Positions 34,016-42,930 of a stretch of 49,440 nt of DNA are shown here, one piece after another (within the stretch, counting starts at the first letter, position 1; the number at the start of each line of letters is the position of its first letter). Below the pieces are notes generated by a model. That model did no database searches. It saw only the letters and a program-made list of their open reading frames with translations, and had not been told where the DNA came from. The stretch is from Acidobacteriota bacterium (GTDB taxonomy: Bacteria; Acidobacteriota; Blastocatellia; Pyrinomonadales; Pyrinomonadaceae), in assembly GCA_003222845.1 (NCBI GenBank), contig QHXG01000166.1:1-49440 (forward strand), in the 5' to 3' direction. The position numbers and the translations under genes were made by a program.

Positions 34016-35332
34016 GTGGACAAATTTCGCATTCGCGGCGGCAATCCAATCAAAGGTCGCGTGTCGATCAGCGGCGCTAAGAACTCAGCTTTGCCTTGCA
34101 TGGCCGCGGCGATTCTAACTTCCGAGACCATCACTCTCCATAACATGCCTTACGTGCGTGACATCATCACGATGCGGCGATTGTTGGAAGACATCGGCGC
34201 AACGGTGCTGACGCCCGAGTTGCGGACGCACAAGATTTCCGCGGCGCAGGTGGAGTTGATGGCTGCTCCCTACGAACTAGTGAAGACAATGCGCGCGTCG
34301 GTGTTGGCGCTCGGTCCTTTGCTGGCTCGATTTGGCAAAGCGCGGGTTTCGCTACCGGGAGGTTGCGCTATCGGAGCCAGGCCAATCGACCTGCATCTCG
34401 CGAGTTTGGCCAAACTCGGCGCGGAAGTTTTTCTTGAAGCGGGCGATGTCGTGGCGCGCGTTCCGAGAGATGGATTGATTGGCGCGGAAATCCATTTCGA
34501 CAAAGTCTCGGTGACTGGCACGGAGAACTTGATGATGGCGGCGACCCTTGCGCGCGGCAAAACGACGATTCACAATGCCGCGCGCGAACCCGAAATCGCC
34601 GACCTCGCTGAACTCTTGAACAAGATGGGTGCGCGCGTTCGTGGCGCCGGCACCGCCACAATTCAAGTCGAAGGCGTCGCCGCGCTTGGCAGCGCGGAAC
34701 ATTCCATTATTCCCGATCGCATCGAGACTGGGACTTTCATCGCGGCCGGGGCCATTACTAACGGCGAGTTGGAAATCAAAGACTGCCGGCCCGAACATCT
34801 GTCGGCAGTAATCAGCAAGTTACGCGAAGTGGGCGTCGAGATTGAGGAAGTCAACCAAAGCACTCTATACGTGCGCTGTTCTGAGCGTGGATTGAAAGCC
34901 TCTGATCTGGGCACCGAGCCCTATCCCGGTTTTCCCACGGACATGCAAGCGCAATTTATGACGCTGATGACTCAAGCGCAGGGACGTTCGATAATCACGG
35001 AAACTATTTTCGAGAATCGTTTCATGCACGCCTCAGAACTTCAGCGCATGGGCGCCCGAATTCAGATTAGCCGCGACCAGGCGATTGTTGACGGACCAGA
35101 CAAATTAATTGGCGCACGCGTGCAGGCTTCCGATTTGCGCGCTTCGGCATCGCTGGTCCTGGCCGGGTTGATTGCCAAAGGCGAAACTCAAATCGACCGC
35201 GTATATCACATCGATCGCGGATACGAAAAGATTGAAGCCAAACTGAAAGAAGTCGGCGCCGACATCGACCGCGTGCGCGAATCAGTCACGGCGCCGCTCG
35301 CGCCCGTCGGCCTGGATGCGGTGGTCGCGTGA
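34016..35332 (+). CDS. murA: UDP-N-acetylglucosamine 1-carboxyvinyltransferase
   Basis: 438 aa with 'ISGAKNSALP', 'LPGGCAIGARPIDLH' (catalytic Cys loop) and 'FPTDMQAQ'. Confidence 0.9.
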   Translation: MDKFRIRGGNPIKGRVSISGAKNSALPCMAAAILTSETITLHNMPYVRDIITMRRLLEDIGATVLTPELRTHKISAAQVELMAAPYELVKTMRASVLALGPLLARFGKARVSLPGGCAIGARPIDLHLASLAKLGAEVFLEAGDVVARVPRDGLIGAEIHFDKVSVTGTENLMMAATLARGKTTIHNAAREPEIADLAELLNKMGARVRGAGTATIQVEGVAALGSAEHSIIPDRIETGTFIAAGAITNGELEIKDCRPEHLSAVISKLREVGVEIEEVNQSTLYVRCSERGLKASDLGTEPYPGFPTDMQAQFMTLMTQAQGRSIITETIFENRFMHASELQRMGARIQISRDQAIVDGPDKLIGARVQASDLRASASLVLAGLIAKGETQIDRVYHIDRGYEKIEAKLKEVGADIDRVRESVTAPLAPVGLDAVVA

Positions 35333-35402
35333 CGTGAGTAAGACACCACCGGGTGTGATAACATCGGGCCCAGTTAACCTAACAGGATCAAGCGGAGATT
35401 CA

Positions 35403-35963
35403 ATGTCAGCGCAACTCGAAAAGTGGCATTTCAACGTTGAGCAGTATTACCGCCTGGCGGAAGTAGGAGTGCTAAAGCCAGACGACCGCGTCGAGCTGAT
35501 CGAAGGAGAGATCGTCAAGATGAGTCCGATTGGCAGCCCTCACGCAGCGTGTGTAACTCGAACAAACCGTTTATTCCAAAACACCTTTGCGCAACGAGCC
35601 GTGATTTGGGTGCAGAATCCCGTCAGGCTCAGCGATTTCTCGGAACCTGTGCCGGATGTAGCGCTGCTCAAGCCTCGTGACGACTTCTACGCGGAGCATC
35701 TCCCAACAGGCGAAGATGTTTTACTGATTATCGAAGTGTCTGACTCTACGATCCTGTCCGATCGCAATGTGAAGATGCCGTTGTATGCGCGCGCCGGAAT
35801 TCCTGAAGCGTGGCTGGTAAATTTACCCAAGAAGATGATCGAGGTCTATTACGACGTGACAGATGGCCGCTACCGGAAATGTTTGAAGTTCAAGCGCGGA
35901 GAAGTCCTGGTTTCACCGACTGTTCCCGCTCTTTCATTGAAAGTTAGCGAGATTATCGGCTAG
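35403..35963 (+). CDS. Uma2-family (DUF820) PD-(D/E)xK endonuclease-like protein
   Basis: The start is moved to ATG 35403, because the track ORF overlaps murA. 'VELIEGEIVKMSPIGSPH', 'PDVALL' and 'LIIEVSDST' are typical Uma2 motifs. Confidence 0.75.
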   Translation: MSAQLEKWHFNVEQYYRLAEVGVLKPDDRVELIEGEIVKMSPIGSPHAACVTRTNRLFQNTFAQRAVIWVQNPVRLSDFSEPVPDVALLKPRDDFYAEHLPTGEDVLLIIEVSDSTILSDRNVKMPLYARAGIPEAWLVNLPKKMIEVYYDVTDGRYRKCLKFKRGEVLVSPTVPALSLKVSEIIG

Positions 35964-35978
35964 TCTGACATCGAAAAC

Positions 35979-36332
35979 ATGAGCGAACAAGATTGCCTTT
36001 TCTGCAAAATCATCAACGGCAACGCTGCGGCCGACGTGGTTTATCAGGACAACCGCTGCGTCGTCATTCGCGATATTAATCCGCAAGCCCCGACGCACGT
36101 GCTGGTCATTCCGCGCGAACACATTGAATCTCTCGATGATGCTTCGCAGAAAGACGAGACTCTGCTTGGTCACCTGCTACGAATCTCCGCGCGCGTCGCG
36201 AATGAGCATGGACTGAGTGATAGCGGCGGTTATCGCGCCGTAATCAACACGGGACGCGGCGCGGGACAATCAGTGTTTCATCTTCACGTTCACGTGCTCG
36301 GCGGCCGCGAGATGACCTGGCCCCCAGGCTGA
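35979..36332 (+). CDS. HIT-family (HinT-like) nucleotide hydrolase
   Basis: 117 aa with 'CLFCKII' and the histidine triad 'HLHVHVLGG'. Confidence 0.9.
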   Translation: MSEQDCLFCKIINGNAAADVVYQDNRCVVIRDINPQAPTHVLVIPREHIESLDDASQKDETLLGHLLRISARVANEHGLSDSGGYRAVINTGRGAGQSVFHLHVHVLGGREMTWPPG

Positions 36333-36336
36333 CCTT

Positions 36337-36465
36337 GTGGAGTGCGCCGGCAGAGCGGAGCGGCGACGGCGCTTTGGGCGTTCGATAGAGGCACTTCAGC
36401 TAATTTAGAAAGAGTATCGATAATCCAAAGCGCCGTTGCCGCTCCGCTCTGCCGGCGCACTCCAC
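36337..36465. repeat. REP-like palindrome with 41-bp arms (1 mismatch), 47-nt loop
   Basis: 36337-36377 'gtggagtgcgccggcagagcggagcggcgacggcgctttgg' pairs with 36425-36465. It fills the gap between the convergent HIT and DprA-like genes and explains spurious ORF 36342-36698. Confidence 0.9.
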
Positions 36466-36472
36466 ACACTTC

Positions 36473-37421
36473 TCATGCCGGAAGCAACTCGGGCTGTTTC
36501 ATTCGCAGGTCCGCTCGCGCCTTCATCCATTCAACAACATCTTCCATGCCGCCAAGCTCAACGTCTGAGATCGGCAACGCGCCCTTGTTGACAAGTTCTT
36601 TATTCCCAGGCGCAACGCTGGCATCCGATCGAACAAAGACGGGACACCAATCCGCCTTCAGCGCTTCAACGGCTCCCGCCCACGTTCCGCCTTTTTGATA
36701 ATCGCTCGAAACGATGACTGCAAAATCCGCTGCGCCATAGATGATTTTGTTTCGGCCCATTGCCGCGCCCACAGAAAAACCATTGTCGGGACGGTAGGGC
36801 GTCAGCAAGACTAGCCGGCCATCTGCTACCAGCTCACGAACATCAGGTTGTCGGATTGACTTCGAAAGACTGTCGGCCAGGACACCGGCGGCATGACCGC
36901 CGGAATCCAACCCAGCCTGCATCGAAACGCGATCAGTGCCGCGCGCGCCTCCGGAAACAACTGTGACTGAAGCTCGCGCGCATATCGCTCCCAAGTGCCG
37001 CGCAAAGGCTGCGCCTGATTCTTCGAGATTGCGAGAGCCCACCACTGCGATCATTGACTGATGAAAAATCGTCAGTTCTCCAGCGCCAAACAATACCGGC
37101 GGCGCCTGATGCTTGAGGGTCTTTCGAATGCGCGCCGGATAAGCGTCGTCTACGCGCGTCACACACCAGATGCCAATGTTGGCCAGGTTCTCCAACTCAA
37201 GCGCGATAGTTCCTCCCCGCGCGAGCAATCGAACAATCCGCTCCGCCTCGGAAAGTACAAGGCCCAGTTCTTTTGCCAGCTCTTGAGCTGCTACGCCCAG
37301 CAATGCGGAACTCTTTCAAAGTAAGCGGCGCGTCGTTGTGCTCTTCGCCCCATCCGAGTTGCGAACACAACATGACCATCGTCATGCCGTCTTCGTTCAA
37401 TAGTTCGCGTGCGTCATTCAT
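36473..37421 (-). pseudogene. DprA/Smf-like (SLOG Rossmann) protein, PsyrA/ShosA-like, with an apparent 1-nt frameshift near codon 39
   Basis: The DprA core is 'VVGSRNLEESG...VVSGGARGTDRVSMQAGLDSGGHAAGVLADSL'. ATG 37419-37421 overlaps the upstream stop (ATGA) and opens 'MNDARELLNEDGMTMVMLCSQLG..APLTLKEF'. That frame turns to junk at about 37305-37315, where the long ORF continues in the +1 frame after a TGA at 37316-37318. Confidence 0.6.
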
Positions 37422-39529
37422 GAGTCACCCGGTGTCGCCTTTGCCAACGCGAAAGGAAACACTGGCCCGCTGCCCTTGATGCGCAGCAATGCGCCCACCA
37501 TTGTCAACGTCCAACCTGAATCGATCACGTCATCAACCAGAATGACAGGCGCCGTCAGAATATCACGCTCGATGGAAAATGCTTCAAGCAGATTGCGTGC
37601 CTGCTGCGCGCTGTTTTCCATCCGTTTCTGCGGTTCAGTTTCGCGGATCTTTTCGACTGCGGGCCGAAACGAAAAGTTGAGTCGCCGCGCCAACCGGTGT
37701 GCAAAATCTCCGACCAGCAATGGATTTCGTTTTGATGGAACACAAGTGATCCATTCCGGCGCAGGTTGTGGCTGCCAGCGATCGCGAATCATCTTTGCCG
37801 CTGCCTCGACTAACTGATCGCTGAAGTGCCGCGCCTCGTACTTGCCTTCCGCCACTACACGACCCCAGCCAGCATCGCCGTAGATGCACAACGCTCGACC
37901 TTCTTCCGGTCGCAGATGATCGGGAATAGTTGTCTTGGCTTTTCCCTCTCTTGACAGTGCTATGGCTTCGGGCATTGCCTTCTGTATCTGCATCAGCGTG
38001 GCGCCTGGCCATTGTTTGCGCGGCTCGATGATTACAGTATCTCCGCGCAAAAACTCTATAGCGCCGCGAATCAGGTCAGCAGGCGCCGATTGCCGCTTCG
38101 TGCGGCCGGTGCAGTTCATACATTTGCCGCAGCGAGCAGGCTCAAGATCGTCAAGAGAGCGCGCCAGAAACTCCATCAGACAACCGGAATGATCGACGTA
38201 ACGTTTAATTTGTTCCAGCTCTGCCCGCCGATTCGCTGTCACTTGCTCTGAGTGCAACAAGTCCGGCGTCCACGCGTTCGGCGTGCGCACATAAATGGTC
38301 TTGTCCTTCGTGACTGCGCCATCGACCTCTAAGAGCTTCAGCGCTTTCTCAATTACTCCTCTTCGATAATTCAATCGCCCCATAATTTCATTGATGCTCG
38401 CGCCGGCGCCGCGCTCAAGTTCTCGCAACACTTGCAGCATCGTTTCTGCGGGCGGAAAGGCCGAGCGGATGAAATAGTCCTGAATCTCGTCATCCTCGTG
38501 ACCGTTCAGAAGAATGCCGTACGCCTCGTCCACCGCGCGACCGGCGCGGCCCACTTGCTGATAGTACGCAATGACTGATCCGGGCCTTTGAAAGTGAATG
38601 ACAAAACCGAGGTCAGGTTTGTCAAAGCCCATTCCCAATGCGACCGTTGCCACGAGCGCCTTGCACTCGTTAGCCAACAACATTCGCTCTGATTCCTCTT
38701 TATCTTCACTCTCGACATCTGAATGATATTCACGCGCCACGATACCATTTTGCTGGAGCCAGGCGGCTACGCGGCGCGTGTCTGAAATCGTCAGGCAGTA
38801 GATGATGCCCGAGCCGGGAAGTTTGGGAACAAAGTGGGCCAACCAAGCCAATCGTTCGCTCTGGTCGCTTAGCTTGATGCTGAAAAGCTTCAATGAAGCG
38901 CGTATTAGCGGCCCGCGTTGCACTTGCAGGTTGCGTATCTGCGCGACGACATCCTGCACCACACGATTATTGGCAGTCGCAGTAGTGCATATGACCGGCA
39001 CGCTCGGTGGCAGCCGCTCGAGCACTCGGACGATTCGCCGGTAGTCGGGTCTGAAGTCGTGTCCCCAATCTGATATGCAATGGGCCTCATCGACGATGAA
39101 TAAGCCAATGCTTTTCTGAAAGCGCTGCAGCACGTGGCGAATGAATTCCGGATTCGCTAAGCGCTCAGGCGAAATGAGCATGATGTCGCACTCGTTTCGC
39201 GTAAGCACGGACTGTGCTGCTTCCCATTCGTCGCGGTTTTCACTGTGAATCGTGACGGGGCGCAAGCCGATGTTTCGCGCGGCCTCGATTTGGTTTCGCA
39301 TTAACGCCAGCAGCGGACTGATCAGCAAGGCCGGGCCCGAGCCGCCGTCCCGGAGGATCTTCGTAGCGATAAAATAAACGATGCTCTTGCCCCAACCAGT
39401 GCGCTGCACGACTAAGACACGTTGCTTGCGCATGGCAGCCGCTTCGATGGCTTCCCATTGACCATCGCGAAACGACTTGTCCGCGCCGAGCATTTGGCGT
39501 AGTAGCGATTCGGCTTCCGTTCTGTTCAT
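37418..39529 (-). CDS. RecQ-family DNA helicase fused to a C-terminal ComF/PRTase (phosphoribosyltransferase) domain
   Basis: 703 aa. Helicase motifs are 'VVQRTGWGKS', 'FIVDEAHCISDWGHDFRPDY', 'TATA', 'VALGMGFDKPD' and 'QQVGRAGR', with a Zn cluster 'CGKCMNC'. The C-terminal 'PVILVDDVIDSGWTL' is the PRPP-binding loop. Confidence 0.85.
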   Translation of the reverse strand: MNRTEAESLLRQMLGADKSFRDGQWEAIEAAAMRKQRVLVVQRTGWGKSIVYFIATKILRDGGSGPALLISPLLALMRNQIEAARNIGLRPVTIHSENRDEWEAAQSVLTRNECDIMLISPERLANPEFIRHVLQRFQKSIGLFIVDEAHCISDWGHDFRPDYRRIVRVLERLPPSVPVICTTATANNRVVQDVVAQIRNLQVQRGPLIRASLKLFSIKLSDQSERLAWLAHFVPKLPGSGIIYCLTISDTRRVAAWLQQNGIVAREYHSDVESEDKEESERMLLANECKALVATVALGMGFDKPDLGFVIHFQRPGSVIAYYQQVGRAGRAVDEAYGILLNGHEDDEIQDYFIRSAFPPAETMLQVLRELERGAGASINEIMGRLNYRRGVIEKALKLLEVDGAVTKDKTIYVRTPNAWTPDLLHSEQVTANRRAELEQIKRYVDHSGCLMEFLARSLDDLEPARCGKCMNCTGRTKRQSAPADLIRGAIEFLRGDTVIIEPRKQWPGATLMQIQKAMPEAIALSREGKAKTTIPDHLRPEEGRALCIYGDAGWGRVVAEGKYEARHFSDQLVEAAAKMIRDRWQPQPAPEWITCVPSKRNPLLVGDFAHRLARRLNFSFRPAVEKIRETEPQKRMENSAQQARNLLEAFSIERDILTAPVILVDDVIDSGWTLTMVGALLRIKGSGPVFPFALAKATPGDS

Positions 39530-39670
39530 GTAAGTCGTTCCGTAATGAAGAGAGTCTGGGGACTCGTGTTACCACCAAATAGTCAAAGTGTCGAGGAAAA
39601 ATGAGAGAGAATAAGTTAACTCCCTCTCCCTTGGAAGATGGCCTGGGCTTTGCACCAGTAATAGCTAGGA

Positions 39671-39843
39671 AACTCCGCTGGAGTTAAATGTCTATAGATT
39701 CTAACGTCCCGAGGTTCTCAGAACTCCTTTAGGAGTTCAATGAGGGTCGTGGCTCAAAGATGCTTCGTCGCATTGCACTCCTAAAGGAGTGCGAGACCAA
39801 GTCTCATTGATCCTGCTATAAACATTCAACCACTACGTGGTTG
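39671..39843. repeat. array of four short hairpins (xACTCC-N3/4-GGAGTx type) spaced ~50 nt apart
   Basis: AACTCC-gct-GGAGTT (39671-85), GAACTCC-ttta-GGAGTTC (39721-38), GCACTCC-taaa-GGAGTGC (39775-92) and CAACCAC-tac-GTGGTTG (39827-43). Confidence 0.75.
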
Positions 39844-39882
39844 TTATCAGAACCTGCTCCACAAGGGAGAGATCATCAAACA

Positions 39883-39911
39883 AAGCGCGCGCCGATTTCT
39901 CAGCGCGCGCT
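39883..39911 (-). terminator. rho-independent terminator of the HtrA-like gene
   Basis: The minus-strand RNA forms AGCGCGCGC-N10-GCGCGCGCU followed by UUGUUUGAUGA. It lies 25 nt after the stop at 39936-39938. Confidence 0.65.
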
Positions 39912-39935
39912 CTTTGCTTCCAACTGCATTAAGAA

Positions 39936-41099
39936 CTATTCCCGAACGCTGCGGCGGCGATCTGTAGGTTCGGTCAATCGCACCGGCACGGTCAGGTGCC
40001 GTCCGTTGCGGACAACTTCGACGTTCACCGTGTCGCCGACTTGATGTTTGTCGAGAACTTTGAAGAGGTCGTCATTATTCTTGACCTTCTCGCCCTCGAT
40101 GCCCACGATGATGTCACCAAATTCAATATCGCCCTCTTCCGTTTGTACGGTGCCGCGCAAACCGGCATTAGCGGCGCCGCCACCAGGCTGCACTTGCAGA
40201 ATCAGCACGCCATCGGAGACGGGCATGCGAACCTGATTTGCCAGCGGCGCGACATCGCGCGGGATAATGCCAAGCTTGGGCCGGCGCACTTCGCCACTGC
40301 GAATCAGTTGAGGAATGATGCGTTTAGCAATGCTCACCGGAATCGCGAATCCGACTCCAGCAGACGCGCCGGATGGTGAAAGGATTTGCGAGTTTATGCC
40401 GATCATGCGACCGTGAGAATCCAGCAGCGGACCGCCCGAATTTCCAGGATTGATTGAGGCGTCCGTTTGGATTGCGCCTTCGATCTGACGATTATTTTGC
40501 GCCCGAATCGGTCGTTCCAGGCCGCTGATGACTCCCGTTGTCAAAGTGCGATCGAGTCCAAATGGATTGCCGATCGCCAGCACCTTCTGGCCTACATTAA
40601 GTCTGTCCGAGTCGCCCATCGGAACAATCGTAAGCGCTTCCTTGGGCGCTTCCGACAGACGAATAACTGCCAAATCAGTATCAGCATCGACCCCAACTAC
40701 TCGGGCAGCATATTTCTTCTCGCCGCCGAGACTCACACTCAGTTTCTGCACGTTCTCGAGGCAATGAGCATTAGTGACAATGTCGCCTTGCTCATCGATG
40801 ATCGAACCCGAGCAGGTGCCTTCCTGAGGCTCAACCATCAACCCGAAGAATCCCCGCACCATTGCCGTGGCACTAATATTAACGACACCGGGCGAAATCG
40901 ATTTATAAACCTCGATGTTGTTCTGCTCGTCCGTGCCCATCGACGGCTCGGTGATGTTCGACGGAGTAGAAGTCGAGAACGCCGAACTCAGAGGTTGCAG
41001 GCGTTCCCACAGTTGCTGAACTGCCATGACGCTGCCCACGGCAAATAACGCAGAAGCCAGGGCGATAACCAGAATTTGGCGTCCGGTAATTTTGTACAT
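39936..41099 (-). CDS. S1C (HtrA/DegP-like) serine protease with one PDZ domain
   Basis: 387 aa with a signal anchor, 'TNAHC', 'DLAV' and 'GNSGGPLLDSHGRMIGINS' (the catalytic triad contexts), plus C-terminal PDZ 'GVLILQVQPGGGAANAGLRG'. Confidence 0.9.
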   Translation of the reverse strand: MYKITGRQILVIALASALFAVGSVMAVQQLWERLQPLSSAFSTSTPSNITEPSMGTDEQNNIEVYKSISPGVVNISATAMVRGFFGLMVEPQEGTCSGSIIDEQGDIVTNAHCLENVQKLSVSLGGEKKYAARVVGVDADTDLAVIRLSEAPKEALTIVPMGDSDRLNVGQKVLAIGNPFGLDRTLTTGVISGLERPIRAQNNRQIEGAIQTDASINPGNSGGPLLDSHGRMIGINSQILSPSGASAGVGFAIPVSIAKRIIPQLIRSGEVRRPKLGIIPRDVAPLANQVRMPVSDGVLILQVQPGGGAANAGLRGTVQTEEGDIEFGDIIVGIEGEKVKNNDDLFKVLDKHQVGDTVNVEVVRNGRHLTVPVRLTEPTDRRRSVRE

Positions 41100-41296
41100 A
41101 AAGCTTTCGTTCTCCTTTAGATACTTAACTTCCTCGAATCGCGTTGCTTAAGATGCACCAGCCTTAGTTTACGGTTGCGCAGCCGGCAATTGCAAAACGC
41201 GCGAACTGTGACACAGGTTCCCGGAAACTGGGAAGATCTAATAGGTAGAAACCCGACTGTCGGGGAGGGTGCAGAAAAACTGGGTTGGACAGATTC

Positions 41297-41665
41297 TCAG
41301 GAGAACAGGGTAAGCAAGGCGTAGGGCAGATTGGTCATGTAGTTAACAGCGGCTAATGGCTGCGACCAGCCGAGCGCGGACATCCCCGTGGCTGCATGCA
41401 CCAGCATCAGGGCAGCATAAATCGTGAGCACCAGGCGCATGCCGCGGCGTGCGAGCGGCATATGCGAGCAACGATAAAGTGTATAAGCGGCAAAAGCGCC
41501 GACCAATAATTTCACCAACATGAACGGGGCATCGCCAACTTTTAGCAACTGTCCCATCAAGCCATTTCCTTCGGTCGCGATATTTGAATGAACCCAGAGA
41601 AGCGTGAGTTGCGCATCGAGCCAATTCAGCACAAAGAGCAGAAGGCTTTTTGCCAGAGCGCCCAT
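41297..41665 (-). CDS. small 4-TM membrane protein (DUF5658-like)
   Basis: 122 aa. 'LNWLDAQLTLLWV...EGNGLMG' resembles DUF5658. The assignment is from memory only. Confidence 0.45.
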   Translation of the reverse strand: MGALAKSLLLFVLNWLDAQLTLLWVHSNIATEGNGLMGQLLKVGDAPFMLVKLLVGAFAAYTLYRCSHMPLARRGMRLVLTIYAALMLVHAATGMSALGWSQPLAAVNYMTNLPYALLTLFS

Positions 41666-41951
41666 TTTTTAGGAGTAATGCTCTCCTTCCTCAAAAATTG
41701 TCGAACGTCTGCCTTTCCGAACTGCGAAACCTCCGAGCCGTTTAGCTCTGAGGTTCCGCCGTCCGTACGGGAAGAAACGAGACTCGCTTCGTGCTACCCG
41801 AAGTAAAGTTTCAATGGCGATTGTCTTCCGAACATGTAGTCACAAGTTGTTAACTTGATCTGTATACATGCGGAAATTATCCAATTCGCGCCGCAGTTTT
41901 TCCGATTCGATATAAAGCGTAATATAAGATGAGCGCACTAGCAAGAACCCG

Positions 41952-42809
41952 ATGACGATCTCGATTACCAATGCAATCTCTTTAGGGGCCCAACTCCTGG
42001 GGGTCGCCGGCGTTGACCAAGCGCGCATGGAAGCCGGTTCGCTGCTGGCCCATGTGCTGAGTCGCGACCGCACATTCATCATCGCGCACGCAGAGGATGC
42101 GCTGACCGATGAACAGATGGTGCTGTTTCGAAGATTCGTTGGACGGCGAGCGCAGGGCGAGCCTTTGCAGTACATCACCGGACGTCAGGGGTTTTTCACC
42201 CTCGAGTTTGAAGTTACGCCTGACGTGCTGATTCCGCGACCGGAAACCGAAATCATCGTTGAGACAGCCTGGGAACTATTGCGAGACCAGGCGCAGCCAT
42301 TCGTCGCTGACATCGGCACCGGCTCGGGCTGCATCGTGATTTCATTGCTTAACGAATTGCCGAACGCGCACGCCGTCGCAGCCGACACCTCTCCGGCAGC
42401 TCTGCGAGTTGCACGACAGAATGCCGAACGTCACGGCGTCGCCGATCGGCTGACGTTGCTGGAGTCAGATTGTTTTTCGGCGCTGCAGCCGGTCGGTCAA
42501 TTCAGCTTGATTGCGTCCAACCCACCATACGTCTCAGATAACGAAATCGACGCGATGCAGCGCGAAGTACTTTACGAACCGCGCGCGGCGCTTTTTGCAG
42601 GTCCGGACGGACTGGCAGTTATTCGGCGGCTGCTGCGTGATGCGCCCCTATTTCTGCAACGAGACGGCTATCTGGTTCTAGAGATCGGATTCGGGCAGAG
42701 TGAAGCCGTGAAGAAATTGATTGATCGAAATGCTTGGAAACTAGTTGAAATCCGCGAGGATCTCCAAGGCATACCCCGCACGGTCGTGTTACAGAACCGC
42801 GAGCGGTAG
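41952..42809 (+). CDS. prmC: release-factor glutamine N5-methyltransferase
   Basis: 285 aa with 'GEPLQYITG', 'DIGTGSGCI' and 'IASNPPYV' (NPPY). The last codons overlap a REP half-copy (42792-42816). Confidence 0.85.
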   Translation: MTISITNAISLGAQLLGVAGVDQARMEAGSLLAHVLSRDRTFIIAHAEDALTDEQMVLFRRFVGRRAQGEPLQYITGRQGFFTLEFEVTPDVLIPRPETEIIVETAWELLRDQAQPFVADIGTGSGCIVISLLNELPNAHAVAADTSPAALRVARQNAERHGVADRLTLLESDCFSALQPVGQFSLIASNPPYVSDNEIDAMQREVLYEPRAALFAGPDGLAVIRRLLRDAPLFLQRDGYLVLEIGFGQSEAVKKLIDRNAWKLVEIREDLQGIPRTVVLQNRER

Positions 42810-42930
42810 CGACCGGTTCACATAGGAGCCGCAACCAGCCGACCACTTTTCGGCGTTCTCATTTACGCCCGCAGTTAGCTCTCTCACCTGTGGCGATGAT
42901 ATCCTTTGCCCTCCCCGGATCGAGTCAGGA

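Noticed and set aside
36342-36698. 118-aa ORF 'MRRQSGAATALW...'
   Set aside because: Its 5' part is simply the translation of the 41-bp-arm palindrome (36337-36465). The remainder is antisense to the DprA-like gene.
39671-39843. Possible CRISPR array (regularly spaced short palindromic units), also considered for the heptamer-repeat loci
   Set aside because: The units are not identical, there are only 3-4 of them, and the spacers are irregular at 35-45 nt. No cas genes or leader are present. They fit REP-like hairpin arrays instead.
41666-41951. Structured-looking leader (hairpin ACCTCCGAGC-cgttta-GCTCTGAGGT near 41740-41765) between the DUF5658-like gene and prmC, considered as an ncRNA or riboswitch
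   Set aside because: There is only one convincing hairpin, and I could recall no conserved motif. The strand and function are undeterminable from sequence alone.
41840-42178. 112-aa minus-strand ORF overlapping the prmC start
   Set aside because: It overlaps the well-supported PrmC N-terminus, has no SD and has an unremarkable composition.
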